DNA of 57,843 nucleotides, the filler included, from Stramenopiles sp. TOSAG23-2 (lineage: Eukaryota), in NCBI GenBank assembly GCA_900128395.1. It is 4 parts of 4 records of this genome, joined end to end, with 100 filler letters (N's around TTAATTAATTAA, not from the genome) between each part and the next. Parts side by side here need not be neighbours in the genome. Positions count along the whole stretch, not along the records: positions 14,518 to 28,900 come from LT649760.1; positions 29,001 to 43,374 come from LT649761.1; 2 more parts are not named here. One strand, given 5' to 3'. The translations under genes were made by a program, and so were the position numbers. This document shows positions 20,601 to 34,099 of the stretch, in pieces. How positions within the stretch are numbered: the first letter of the stretch is position 1; each line of letters opens with the position of its first letter. The notes beneath the pieces are model-generated. The model was given only the letters and a program-made list of their open reading frames with translations, did no database searches and was not told the origin of the DNA.

Positions 20601-23600
20601 CAGTTCCATCAGAGTTTGTTGGCTGTAATACAGAGACAATTTCAGACAGTATTTCCGTGGTAGAATATGCATCATTCGCTACTCGGTTTGAGGATTCAAT
20701 GCCCATAGAAGATAATTTTCCACTTATCAATGACATCAAATTTGCATCATTATTTGAGCCACTGCTGTTTTTTACAGTTACTGCACTTAGTCCAAAACCA
20801 TTGATAATATTTGTCCCATAATCATTGCTGCCATTTACTATTGGAGAAGGGAAATATCGCTCCGTGAGAGGTGCATAAATTTCTGTACATTCTTCATCAT
20901 CAAGCAAATGATCCTCGAAATTCATTGAAGTACTACCGATACTACCACCTTGAGTTGTTAATGTTGAAAAATTTCTGTTGTTACTAGAATCATTCATCAG
21001 TTGTTTTCTCAATTGCCTTGCAGCTGTATTTTCAGCCACATCTTCAGTCTCATCCCCCTCCTGGTCTTCATCGTCATCATCGTCACTCATATGTTTACTA
21101 CTGATCTGATTGATTAAGCTGTAAGGATTATCTTCATCATTATTGCTCAACTGATCTTGTTGTTGCTGCTGCTGCGAGTTCATAGCATCAATTATTTTTT
21201 CGTTTTCATCTTGCACAGAGGCATTTTCCATCTCCATCTTCTCGATGATCCAAGCAATAGCGCTGCTTTCATCCATTACTGAAGTTTGTTGTACGTTTGC
21301 AGCGCGTACACACCAGTCTAACGGGAATCCCATTGTGATTAAAGTATCAACAAGATCCTGACGCTTTATTGCCATTTCTGGGGATGGTATTTTTTCCACA
21401 GTTATGCTTTTCTTCTTACCTCGGACGCTATTACTTTCCACATTTTTCATTTGCGTCATAGCAGTAACTAGAGCAGAACCTATACTTTCATAGCCTTTAG
21501 GAGGCTGATGCATGAATTCACTGTACGGCGGGCCGAAATTAAACCTGGCAGCTTGTTGCATGTTGAATGAAGCTGCTGGATATATACCGCCAACACTGTG
21601 AAGGGTATTATATGCAACGCCCAAATCTTTCCCATTTAGGGTAAAGCGCATTTGCAAGGAATCTAAATTAGCCAAACACCCAATAACATCACCAACTCGC
21701 CAACGTACACCATAATCACTGCTTGAGCTATTCCATTTCTTGCAGCGATATCCGTCCAATGCCCACGAATGTGGGTGGTCACCAACGCCTTGCCCTCTTT
21801 CAGGATCACCTTTATACAGAGCATCAGCCCAGCCTATTTGCATCAACCCATCGCTTAGCAAAATCGCTTCGTAGTAATAGCTGCCGCCAACAATAGATCC
21901 AGGGGGGTATGATTTTTTCAAATTTAGCATGCTGCCAACATTGTGTACAGGAAATAAAACTAGTTTACTCAATCTAACAGAAGGAAAGTTGCTTACTGAT
22001 TCTACGCAATTTGTAGTGCGATGTATCCTTACCTTTCCTCCTATACGCTCTATACGAGGAACGCATTTATAATCTTCCACAGACAATGGCAACACACCTG
22101 AATGCAACCTACCAAATGCCTCTTCCGCTATATTTTCAACGGTAGGCACGCTAACCCACGTTGATAGCTTCGTAGAAAGAGCATGGGCATTTGAATACAA
22201 AGGTGAAGATTTGATGTTAGTGTCGCTACCATCAGGCTGTTGAAAATGTCCAAATATACTGTTAGTGGTTCCCATATCCATATCGACACCTATCGTATCT
22301 ACCGTAGCACTTGATGCTGCATTTGAAATATCCGTGACACTAGCACGTAATAACCGCGGCAAACAGCCGGTTTCGATCAAATACTTTGCAGCCAATGGTT
22401 GTGATAACATAGATGACAAAGCTCTCAATGCACGTGAGCGAAGGAAACACAAAATTATATTGTAATTAGTAATTACGGCATCCTCTTCCGTGTTCTTGCC
22501 GCTTTCACCTGTAAATCGAATCCGCTTATTATTTTTGCGGCTTGTTCTATCCACGATGGTTTTGTTTTCCACCCATGGTAATTTGCTATCAGCGCCTGCT
22601 GGTTTTGCAGACATCGTAAACGACGGTACTGGTTTTTTAGGATTCACACCTAAGAAAATTTGTACGACATTGATGAACGATATTATAACATCTTCTTTTA
22701 CTTCTAATACATTACTATTTTCAAATTTTTCCATGTAAACCATTTTTAATAAATTTAACGGCACAGAAAAAATTCGGTGTGGTAATGCACCTTTCCCACT
22801 ATTACGAAAAGAGCTACTTTGCTGCGAGCTTGAAATACCGGTTGGCGCCGTTACTTTTGCCATAGAGGTTTTCCAATCTATGTCTATAATCATGCCCGTG
22901 CTTTCGTCTTCTCCCGAAACGGTTGCCCCGATAAAATCAACGGTAGTTTTTTGAGCCGTTGGGTAGTATACTTTTGCACCAATATATGGTTGCTCAATCA
23001 AACCACCCAATACATAAATACCACTGATAGCGTCGACAATAATGTCCCGGTTCGAGCTCCAATCGAAAGCAGTAGAATTTATCACAGATTCCGTTTTCTC
23101 AAAGTTCAAATATTTTAACAAGAACTCCGTTAATTGAACAAAACTAGTTTTCATGCACTCTGAAATCACCTTTGACCAATGTTCAGACATTAAAAGTTGC
23201 CTTAATAATCCGACTATACCTGTTGTTAAAGCTGATCTGTCCGCGAGCGAACTTTTATGATGTGAATAATACAAGTTTGTACCATCTTGGTTACTAGTGA
23301 CTTGAGAAAACAAACAAGAGGAAGACAAAATAGAACCATTGCTTGCCGATTCATAACCAGAGCGGAAGGAAGATGGCAAAAAGTGTGCAAGAACTGAATT
23401 GATAGTCGCAGGCAAGCCATTGTGTGATTCATCTACGTCGCAAAACCAAGATATACCAATGATCTGACTTAAGTACTTCCAAAGTCCACTAGCAGTTCGA
23501 CTAGCTTTCGCAGCTTTTAAGCCGCTTCCGACTGTTGCAGACATAGTTGGTACCTGAACGCTCAAAGGTTTTACAAAAGGTAGGCTTTGCTTCAGAAATT

Positions 23601-26600
23601 TTAATATGCTACGTTGGACTTTTCCAGAGACACTGCGTAGTAAATCAAGCATGATACTGATACATTCGTTACTTTCCATCAAGCCATTACGACCATTTTC
23701 TGTTCGTATTAAAATTAGCGACAGAGTGACTAGACGATACCCATAATTATCAATATCACTTTTAAAACGAGCTTGACTTGGAGAGGGAATACGCGCCAGA
23801 GAATTTGCATCACCATCATTTACCCCGGAATTCAACCACCATAGAGATGAAATCCATCCAATGACACCCATAGTTGCTGCAAACGTAGCCAATGCCGTTC
23901 GTGCAAGTGGGTATGCTATGTTTTGTGGCAAACCGATATGCAAGGGTTTGGACCATGACGGCAAAGGAGAACCTTTGGTATTTATTTGCCCCGAAACTTT
24001 ACCATCAATGTAGATCTTCATTTTGTTCTTTTCCCCATCGTATGAGCATGTCAAATGAGTCCACTGACCTTGCTTTAAACCTTCTACACTAATCAATGAG
24101 TTGTTGACGTATGCATTCTTTTTCGCGTCAAATGTCGTGACAATAAATTCAATTTTCGGATGGGATAAGGTGCTCCCGCCTTTTTTGTTACTGTTCTGAA
24201 ACATTTCTTTTGTTTGCATTTTATTTTTTTCGTAGGATAAAAATATAGCTGGATAAAATACATGAATATTGCTTTTACTAATTCCATTACTGTCAGTGTT
24301 ACTTTCGGTATCTACATGCGGAACTTCCTGGTTCTTAATTGTGTCAGTGCGGGCACATATAACACGACGGATGTATAAATGGTTGTTGTTTTTTCTCGAA
24401 TTAAAATCTACGTTATTACTTTGATTTTCCAATTTCGAGCTATCATCTTCAACATTGCTATTTTTAGGTAATCTAACCCAAAATGACACAGCAAATTTAC
24501 TGGATTTTTTCATATTTTTGTTTGCATTTGTCATCCCATGAACAATTGGTGCCTCTGGTATCACAACTCCAGGTTGATCACGCGTCATCCAAAGTTTACC
24601 AGGAACAACCACAGTCAAATTTGTTTTTCTTGACAATTGCGTAAAGCGTATTTCCTCGAGCGCTAGCTTTTCTAATGCTGCTTGTACCCGACTTAACTCA
24701 TGAACGACTACAGAATATAAGGGATGCGTCTTGCCATTAGTATTATAGGTACCAATGCTATCTTGAGTGGTTCCTATGTTTAGCGATATTTCGTTTGATT
24801 TGCATAATTGTATACCTAGCAAATAAAAAATCCTCCAAGCTGTGTGATGCAACGCGACATTGAAAGTGTTTTTAGTAAGGCTATTTTGTATAGGCTGAGA
24901 TAGTATGTCGCCATCTGTCTCCAATAAAGTTCCAAGTATTGATAATATTTTTGAACATAAAATGGACATAGAATGGTCATAACTCTCCTCCAGCATCTCC
25001 TCTTCGGCCAAAAGTAGCCCACCACCAAATGCATCCATTGTACTTCTTGACGAATTATTATTTTTTGTTGCATTTTTCTTCTTTTTCTTTTTCCCCTTCG
25101 GTGATACTATTTGCAGTGCAGCTAATTTACTATTTCTCAAGTGATCCGGGCTTTCAATTTTCAACGCCCATGAATGTAATATAGCTAATTTGAATGCTTG
25201 GGTGGATGCTACGTCAATTAATGATCGCGATAGATTCTCATATAGATCAATAAAAGAAGCATGAACTAGACTAGAGACTGCGGAACCACAACTTTGTAAG
25301 TCTGCCATGTAATGATTTACATGGCGCAAATCAATATTTCCACCATTATTTATTTCACTACCTTTTCCTTTTTCTATGGCTGCCTTTTGTTTTTCCATGG
25401 TAACATCCCGGTGGCGAGCCATTGCGTAAGGCACCTGGGCAATAGCCTGTGCTTTCACGTAACCAAAATTCGGTGAAATGATAGTTAGCAAATATTTCGT
25501 CAGATCTAAACCTACAGAGCGTATACGCGCCCTCTCCATTCTTCGCAAAATTTCATCTCGCAATACATTCATATCCAACGGCTGCGATACAAATTCGAAA
25601 ACTTCATCCAGACTAATGTGAGAATTAGAGACACGAAACAAAGATAAATCTCTCCACGCTTTGTCTAGACCACCATGTTTGATTAGTCTTATTGGAAAAG
25701 CCGGATTGACTAGCAATAAGAATGTGCAATGCTGAACTATTGTTGCTGCAACACTTTCTGATGTAGGAAGGATATTCCTAAGTGGCGTGGCATTTGCAGC
25801 TAGTTGAGCACGTTTGTAAATTGATTCTTTGTTAACATCTTCTTTTTGCTTAATTTGAACAGCAACAAGGCGCTGTAAAAATAATGCTGTCTCCCATACA
25901 TTTAATAAGGTACTGGATAATTGGTCTTTAGCAAGTTGATTGGTGCGCGACATAGATAACAGTTTTGCTTGAGACATTGCCTCCGTTACATAGCCATTGC
26001 ATTTTAATATTACGCTTACAAGTGCACGTAGTGCTCGTTGCCCAGCGAGGGTCTCTGGTGGCCCAGATATTTCTCTTTTTTTATTTGGTGATTTAGCCGA
26101 CGGGCTCAATGGCGAAGCATTTTGTGTCCTTGCATATATAGATTCTTGAATCAATATATTTAGTTGATGAGCATCGTTTTTGCCTAAGAACAAATCATCC
26201 AAAAAGTTATTTTGTAACAAAAAACCATCGTCATCTTTGACATCATCCATCTCCTCTGTTTTTAACGAAAACAAATTTCTTTTTTTCCACTCCAATACTA
26301 TACTCAAATCATTCAAGTTATAAGCACCCGTTTCCTCCTCCTTGCGAATATTGGGCATTTTTTTTACACCACCGCTTAGAAGCCTACTACTGAGCCAGTG
26401 TTTCAACGCCGCTTCCGTAGCTGATATTGGGTGTCCTTTCATAATGAGGACAATCAACTTACCCGTAAAATGTGCTATTAGCGCGTGTAAGCGAATTTCC
26501 CATTGATGCATTTTTTTAGTCAAAGTAACATTAGAAGTTCCTTTCTTCGATTTTGGGCTACCAAGTAAATTAGTTAAAAATGTACTACCTTGTTTGTCTC

Positions 26601-28890
26601 CACTCTCGCCAATCTCTATTGGTAGAATTAATTGGCAATTTACGGTATCTACGACTTTAATTAATGTCAATAAAGGTGGCAGCAGTTGTGTTGCCAAAGA
26701 TGGGTGCGTGGAAGAAACGCTAAGTCCAGCGATAAATGGCATAAGAATTACTGATAAAAAACTTTCGGACATTACTTCGCGCAACATTGCTCGCTTCAAT
26801 GTTGAGAATGGCTTTATATTTATAATTTCAAAACATTTTTTGAGACAGTCTGTAGATGTCTGCAATAAACGTTTACCATGCGATAAGACACATTGATGTA
26901 TGTTATTGCTCCCATTACTTCCAATCTCACCATTTTTACTTTCTATTTGCTTTGTCAAAATATCAAGTTCTAACGTGCTTGCAACGTGACTCCAAGCAGC
27001 CAAAATATGGTTTTGCAAAGCTAGTAATAATTTCGTATATGGTGACGAGAACACACCATTTTTAGTATGCTTCGATTTTAAATTCCCATCATGTATTTTA
27101 CTGAGACGATCATGCATCTCTGAATATGCACGATTGAGTAAATCTCGTAATAAATCATCTACACCTTCAGGAGTCAAACTGCCAGGTACTGAACCATTCG
27201 TAGGCGTTATTATTCGCGCATCTTCCATATTTGATGGATGGATGTAAGTCAAATCATCAGGCAAAATATTTTGCAATAAATGTGAGACTACCATATTTTC
27301 GCTCAATCGATCCATTACTGCATTTAGTAGGACATGATTTGGCACATCGTCTTTCATAAATTGTCGCAACACAAGCTTGCGAGATGCTGGGGTCGGATAG
27401 AAGAAATCAAACCCGACACGTATGACATCACCCGCTTCTACTTCAATAGCTTTGTTTGACTGCAGAAAAACTCTATTCATTGAATTATCATCTCGTAGAT
27501 GTTTTTTTTCACTTTTATTATCAATGAAATCACATTTCATTGGATTCTTAATAATCAATAGCAGCAACTGATGTAGCATTTTGAATATGGAAGACATTTT
27601 AGAACTGATCAAAATACTAATTGATTTCGTACTAGTCTTACTTTTAACATCCTTTCCTTGATCAGCTTTTAAAACACTGACTAACTGTTGTAGATTTGCT
27701 TTCAATAGACGTAACGTGCACAAAACTATGCACCATCGACATAGCTCTTGCTCTTGATCTTCTTTGTTTTTTCTATTATAACACTTCGATAAAATGGCGT
27801 GAAAATAAGACATGGAATCTTCACTCGGTTCAATACAATACGCAAAGCGTGGTATGGCATTGTTTAATCTAGAGGTTAAATCTCCTACATGGTCATTTGG
27901 ATGAGAAATATTCTTTGTGACACCCTTTAATGTTTTCTTAAACGCCAGATTAGCATGACTGTTGAATGGTTGGACGAGCCGTTCCAAATGTGCCATAACA
28001 ATAACAGGTAGACGAGTCGACGAAATATTATTATTATCATTCCTTATCAAATTTAAGTTTGTATTTATATGCTTATCATCTGGAAAAATCATTGCTAGTT
28101 GTTTATTCGATCCTTGCATACCGGCAGATAAACTGTTTAAGGAAAAGATATCGTTTGATAAAATCCAACTGGAATTGATTGGTAAGTCGCGGGGAACGTC
28201 AAGATTCGATGCTCCCGTTCCATTATCATTACTCATACCAGCGTTTGCAATTTCGTCTTCTTCTTCCTTGCTAGATGTCATATTATTTAAATTCTCTTTT
28301 TCCACTTTTGCTTTGCTACTTTCATTTTGGTCAAAAGTATTTACTAAAATCATGTTATATTTATCACCCACTGCAATAGAAAGAACCTTTAACGAATCGC
28401 TGGAACTACTATTATTAAGCCTAACATTAGTAGGGAAAATTAATTTACGTGGTTTGTTTTCCGATTTCGTTTCCCCATGCCCTAAACGACCACTATCACC
28501 ATGTCCCCATGTATACAACTCTCCATCAGATGTCAATGCAGCGGAATGTTCACATCCTGCCTCTGCTTGTATTACAATTTGGCCTCGTAACCCTTCAACA
28601 CAAGTGGGCAAAGCTCTATCAGTTTCATTCCCATGACCTAACTTACCATTTGTTCCAGCTCCCCATGTATATAGGAGACCTTCTGCAGTGACTGCTAGCG
28701 AGTGATCCCATCCACACGCAACATGCACAACATTTTCTTCCTGCAATGCTAATATCTGCTCCGGTATCAGTTTATGTTCATTTCCTCCATGCCCAAGCAC
28801 TGGTGGTAGACCATCTCTACGGCTGTCTTTGTAACCCGAGCCAAAACTAAATATATGCCCATCACGGGATATTGCTAATGTGTGTTCCCA
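16744..28890 (-). CDS. Giant HERC-like protein (>4040 aa): RCC1 repeats, LamG, SPRY, UBA, FN3, SPRY, truncated HECT; 5' incomplete
   Basis: RCC1: VACGWDHSLAVTAEGLLYTWG..GKLGHG, with the frame open to 28890 (WEHTLAISRDGHIFSFG). LamG about 23830-24500 (FAVSFWV, WTHLTCSYD). SPRY about 21500-21990 (YYYEA..GLMQIGW..RFNFG). UBA about 21250-21350 (LITMGFP). FN3 about 18800-19140. SPRY about 18280-18730 (GVHYWEV, GDHIGVTLDMD, YPAFSL). HECT remnant 16744-17310. A single uninterrupted 12-kb frame. Confidence 0.92.
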
Positions 28891-28900
28891 TCATCATCAC

Positions 28901-29000
28901 NNNNNNNNNNNNNNNNNNNNNNNNNNNNNNNNNNNNNNNNNNNNTTAATTAATTAANNNNNNNNNNNNNNNNNNNNNNNNNNNNNNNNNNNNNNNNNNNN
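28901..29000. other. Artificial contig spacer (44N-TTAATTAATTAA-44N)
   Basis: Linker at 28945-28956. Confidence 0.97.
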
Positions 29001-29002
29001 AT

Positions 29003-29344
29003 TCATTAGTCATTGAACATTTATTGAAATACAATGCATCTGTTAATCAACCGACAAACGATGGGGTGACACCATTATGGTATGCATCATCAAAAGGCCA
29101 TATAAATGTAGTAGATGTATTAGTTCAAAACAAAGCAGATATAAATCGTTCTGCTGGTGATGGTAGTACTGCATTATGGATAGCAGCAAGTAATGGTCAT
29201 GGGGAAGTTATACGTATTTTGCAAAAAGCAGGTGCAGATTTAAATACACCAAATCAAGATGGCACAACACCATTATTTGCTGCAGAAGCTGGAGGGAATG
29301 AAGAAGCAGCAAATGTGTTAAAAGAATTTGGCGCAAAGGGGTGA
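29003..29344 (+). CDS. C-terminal fragment of an ankyrin-repeat protein
   Basis: GVTPLWYASSKGHINVVDVLV, GSTALWIAASNGHGEVIRIL and GTTPLFAA. The frame is open from the contig start. Confidence 0.88.
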   Translation, partial: SLVIEHLLKYNASVNQPTNDGVTPLWYASSKGHINVVDVLVQNKADINRSAGDGSTALWIAASNGHGEVIRILQKAGADLNTPNQDGTTPLFAAEAGGNEEAANVLKEFGAKG

Positions 29345-29374
29345 TTTAGAGAGGTCAAGAGAAGAGTAGAGTGT

Positions 29375-29399
29375 AGAGAGAGAGAGAGAGAGAGAGAGA
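29375..29399. repeat. (AG)n microsatellite
   Basis: About 12 AG units downstream of the ankyrin stop. Confidence 0.9.
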
Positions 29400-29782
29400 A
29401 GAGAAAGGGTGGTGCGAGTTTCGTGAAATATATATTAAAAATAACGCACACGCATGTGTAAAATTAACCTGTCGATATAATTTCCCTTTGGTTTATCATT
29501 ATCATACTCCTGAACTTTGTTAACTTTTTCAAAATATGGATATATAGATGTATGCGCTAAGGATCAATCCACAAACTGTGGTGTTTTGATTTCTAGATCC
29601 ATCTCTTGTGTTGTTTTACTACATTTCTTCTACTCGTTTCAACAATATATGTACTTTCCTGTTCTATGAAGAACCTTTTTGGTCGTGAGATGTATATTTC
29701 TTCCCATAGTGTGCAGTGTTATTTTTATTTCTACGTCATCAAAAAAACAAATATATAACAAAATTATATAGAAAAACAACCT

Positions 29783-29805
29783 TGTGTGTGTGTGTGTGTG
29801 TGTGT
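29783..29805. repeat. (TG)n microsatellite
   Basis: About 11 TG units upstream of the 29963 ORF. Confidence 0.9.
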
Positions 29806-29962
29806 AAAAGAAAATCATTTGTATGGAAGAACATTGCTTAATAACAAAACTATTTTCATTTATTATTCATAATATTGCATTTGTCTACGAATATATTTTA
29901 AGTGTCGATTATATATCAAAAACGAAAAGAATAATATTTATATTCGGAACAACAACAAAAAA

Positions 29963-30787
29963 ATGGAACAACCATTAATATCTATTAAAAATGATAATTC
30001 TGTAGAAAATAAAGAGTTAGATTTTCGTGGACCAGTCGTTGGTTTTTATAGTATCGTAGTTGGGGAAGAATTGTACGATTTAAATGATCATTACTCCAAG
30101 CCATGGGTAAAGGAAAACAAAGTTATTGTACGTTCGCCAGTAGAAGCGGGTATCAATATAATTGCATTTGTAATTATATCTATCATGACAATATTTGCTT
30201 ATATGAAAAATCCAGTCGAAATTGATTATTGGACAACGCCGTTTAAGTTAGTACATTTTTTCTTTCATACCATGATACATATTGTTCCAAATTATTCAAA
30301 AGAAAATGGCATGGAACATAAGAAATGCTTACGAATTATATGTGGTATTTTATTTGGATTATCACGTTATATCGTCCTAGGTATTTACTTTTGGCGCATT
30401 AGCTTGTATGTATTATTAGGATTAATTGTTATCTTTGGTTTGACCACTAAATTAAGATTTCTAGGCGAATTAATCAAGACTGCAATTGCATATATTACAT
30501 TATGTTATCTCATGTGTACTGGTGAATGTTCAGGACTTTGTACCGTTTGTATGGTTGGAACATTCTTTCAATTACTTGGTAGTGGTGCGTTTTATTATGT
30601 TGGGCAAGTGAAAGGACATATATACAAACCATGGTTACGTGAAAATGATCGTAAATATTTACCATTTCATGTTTTATCTGATTTAGGCAATGCAATGTTT
30701 TTAATTGGAATCGCATATGATCCATCAAAGACACTTGCGTTTAATGAACCTGGTGTGAATGAATTTCCATTCTGTTGGTGGAGTTAG
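29963..30787 (+). CDS. Uncharacterised multi-pass membrane protein
   Basis: 274 aa with about 6-7 hydrophobic segments and His residues in or near them (HFFFHTMIH, PFHVL). A-rich context before the ATG. Confidence 0.75.
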   Translation: MEQPLISIKNDNSVENKELDFRGPVVGFYSIVVGEELYDLNDHYSKPWVKENKVIVRSPVEAGINIIAFVIISIMTIFAYMKNPVEIDYWTTPFKLVHFFFHTMIHIVPNYSKENGMEHKKCLRIICGILFGLSRYIVLGIYFWRISLYVLLGLIVIFGLTTKLRFLGELIKTAIAYITLCYLMCTGECSGLCTVCMVGTFFQLLGSGAFYYVGQVKGHIYKPWLRENDRKYLPFHVLSDLGNAMFLIGIAYDPSKTLAFNEPGVNEFPFCWWS

Positions 30788-31418
30788 AGAGAAGAGACAA
30801 AAAGAGCGAAAAACATGTGTGAGTGTGGTAAATATATACTTATAATTTGATTAAATACCAGAAAAAGCTAGATTCGTACACTGTTCGTGTAAATTTTTTT
30901 TACTCATACACTCCATACTCTCGCCGCTTTTCTTTCTTTTTTTTGTCTTTTAACCTAAATATTTATTTATTATACAAATTTCAAAATTGTTATTATGTTT
31001 TGAACACGCAACACAAAGTCCGGCATTCGAAATGTTGTACAAAACCTTTCTTTTATTTTTTATATTTTTTTTTTATTATTGTTATTATTATCAGGAGTAA
31101 GTAATAAATACCCTGACACAATTTATGTTAAAACAATATATACACATATACAAAAATTGAAACAAGAAACATGTGATATTGTTAATGCTTTTGTTTCATC
31201 ATCATTATTATTATTATTAAAAACACCATATACCATTAAATCATACATGTGTATTACAAAAATACATTATATATATATATATAATGATATTGTATACCAA
31301 TATGATTATGCATATGATAATAAAGTATTACTATCGAATCATGATCGAAAAAGACACACACACATATATATATATGAAAAAAACTTTTTCTTCACCTATT
31401 ATTATATGTCAAATTCTG

Positions 31419-32819
31419 TTAATAATATTTCAATTCATTGCCAAGTTCACCACCAATCATCCAACATGTTGTTTTCTTCTTTGATGCAGTAGATCCTACA
31501 TTATCAACTACCATCATCTGCTGCATTGTCGTTTGATCATTCCCATCTAAATTTTTCATGTTAGAAGTCGTATTAAATGCCGACATGGTCGTAGATGTTA
31601 CGCTTTTCAAACCAATCGAAGAATTCATATTTTGACCAGCACCACCAATGCATAAATATTTTTGCTGTTGTTCCTGCTGTTGTTGTTGCGCTACAACTAC
31701 GTTAATCTGCTGTACATTTGTTGGTGAGATAGCTCGACCTTTAATACTCTCGTTCTTTTGCATAGGTCCTACTAAAACAGTTTGTGGGAAGTGTTGCACA
31801 TGATTGTTGGTTTCGACATGTTGTTGCTCTTGTATACCGTCCATAATATTTGTTGGTGATACCGACATTCGTGTATTACTTTCTTTCTCTTCTTCCATCA
31901 TATTGACTTCATCCACCATATCCATATATTCATTCCAACACATACCATCAGCAGTAACAACAATATTATGCTTTAAATTGCTCATTTTCAACGTTGGATA
32001 ATATTTATAAAATGCACATAATAGTTTCTTGCAGCATGATTGGATTTCCTCTTTTAAACCATATTCAGTCAAACAAATATTGCATAATGACATACGTTTG
32101 CACCATTCAATGCAACTAAAATTAGCATTATAATATGCACATAACAATGCACTAACGCTTTGAACTACTGGTGAATATTGTAAAAATTCATATTCACATG
32201 CACCATGATCTAAAAATGCTTTTGCATATAATACGATCTTTTCTTTTTCTTGAACGTCAACAATTAAACCATTTGTCAATTCTGCGAAATGCAACATCAT
32301 GCTTACACTTGTCACTGCATTTAATTCCCAATCCAGCGTTTGTATGATATCCAATTCCAATGTACATACTTCTTTCTCCGTCGTATTTTTTACTGCGCCA
32401 ACAACTTCTTCTACACGGAAATAATTTCCATCATTTTCTATTAATTTCGATGCTAACATCATAGCAACTACGCATATCAATTCAATTTGTTGTTTCCCTA
32501 CGCTTTTTTTGGATAAATAACGATCGAAAATATTAATCGCTAGACTTAATGTCTCATCGCATAAACCGATTTCATGGTATGTCAACATATATTGTATGGT
32601 GCGATATCTCCATTTAGGTATAAATCCATTATCTTGTTGTATCTCTTCAATATATTGTGGATTTGGCAATGTTGTCTTATATGTTTGCAACATCATTTTA
32701 ATACGTTCATATACCGTCTCGGTTGCATTGTTGTTGTTATGATGAAGATGATTGCTATTGTTATTGATACCAGCAATTTCTACATCCATATCATCTGAAC
32801 TTAAACTTGATGAAATCAT
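31419..32819 (-). CDS. Cyclin (Cyclin_N + Cyclin_C), subfamily unresolved
   Basis: Cyclin box PKWRYRTIQYM...ETLSLAINIFDRYLS...LASKLIE...ELDIIQTLDWEL. Cyclin_C YEFLQYSPVVQSVSALL. Q-rich tail with two SPTN motifs. Confidence 0.92.
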   Translation of the reverse strand: MISSSLSSDDMDVEIAGINNNSNHLHHNNNNATETVYERIKMMLQTYKTTLPNPQYIEEIQQDNGFIPKWRYRTIQYMLTYHEIGLCDETLSLAINIFDRYLSKKSVGKQQIELICVVAMMLASKLIENDGNYFRVEEVVGAVKNTTEKEVCTLELDIIQTLDWELNAVTSVSMMLHFAELTNGLIVDVQEKEKIVLYAKAFLDHGACEYEFLQYSPVVQSVSALLCAYYNANFSCIEWCKRMSLCNICLTEYGLKEEIQSCCKKLLCAFYKYYPTLKMSNLKHNIVVTADGMCWNEYMDMVDEVNMMEEEKESNTRMSVSPTNIMDGIQEQQHVETNNHVQHFPQTVLVGPMQKNESIKGRAISPTNVQQINVVVAQQQQQEQQQKYLCIGGAGQNMNSSIGLKSVTSTTMSAFNTTSNMKNLDGNDQTTMQQMMVVDNVGSTASKKKTTCWMIGGELGNELKYY

Positions 32820-34053
32820 TATGATATTATGTTATTATTATGTTTTCTTATTTCGTTTCGTTTTTTTATTTTATTTTTCAATACTATTACGTGGTATTTT
32901 TATATATACAATGTATTTAATAGTATTGTGTATTATGTTTGTTCAAAAATGTTTTCGTACGATTCTTTCCTTCCCTTTGCTTTAAAAACGTAAATATCTT
33001 ATATATATTATATTTACAAACAAATATTAATTTCAATGACGTATTATTATCTTTGTTTTTTTGATTTTTTGATGAAAATGAAAAAAATCCTATAATGTAC
33101 TGTTGAATTTTATGTATTTTATGGTGGGTGGTGGTGAATGTTTGCTTTGATGCCTACCCTTTTACACGTATAAAGGATATATGACTATATATCGTATCGT
33201 TTTGATCTATTATATATCGTTTGTAACTATATATATATATATATATATACACTTATATTATATATATCGTTCAAAATAATAAAGATCTTACCTTTGTATT
33301 TGGGAAAAAAAATGAAAAATATGAAATTTAAAAAATGTGGTCTGAGATACACGTAAGATAATGTGTATGTAAAACTAAAAAATCTTCCCCTTTTCTAAAC
33401 AAAAATTCACAAAAACTATATGTTTCGATATGTATCAATATGTATATCGATCTATCGTACAAATGACGATTCTAATTACCTTGCCAAAAAAAAAGAAAGA
33501 AAACAATATTATACGATAACAAATGCTATAAAACGTGATGAAATCAAATTGACTTCCGTGATGTTGTTTGGCATCTTCTCTGTATTTGTTTTGGATATTG
33601 TTATATATGTATCTTAATGGTATATAGTCTATTGTAAATGGATGTATTTTATGTATAGAAAGGGTACAAAATAACATGGTAATAGTATTGGAAACGTGCC
33701 CAAATTCAATCCTAAGCAAAATGGAAATGGATCTAGATCGGTAGAATACAAGGGAATACCATTAAATGTGGTTGTTTTTTTTTGTTTTTTGATGGAGAGT
33801 AAGAAACTTGATTTTTTTTGTTGCTGTTGTCCTCTTCTCACAGCTGATTTTTTTTGTTGTTTATCTCCTTGACGTGGCCATCAAAAACTAGATGAGATGT
33901 GAAAGAGATGTGTGATGGAAATAGAAAGCCACAGAAAGCCAGGAAAGCGTGCCCGCCTGCCTCCTGCATGCCTCCTGTGTGCTCTGCGCATGTGCACATG
34001 TGCTTGGCATGCCTGAAAGGAAAGCTGTGGAAAGCTCCTTCACCCTTCACATC

Positions 34054-34099
34054 NNNNNNNNNNNNNNNNNNNNNNNNNNNNNNNNNNNNNNNNNNNNNN
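34054..34099. other. Intra-scaffold gap (46 N, no linker)
   Basis: CTTCACATC occurs on both sides of the gap, suggesting an unresolved overlap or short repeat. Confidence 0.85.

Noticed and set aside
13385..29344. The two ankyrin fragments as halves of one gene interrupted by a 14-kb insertion
   Set aside because: They have different repeat consensus sequences and lie on separate contigs joined artificially.
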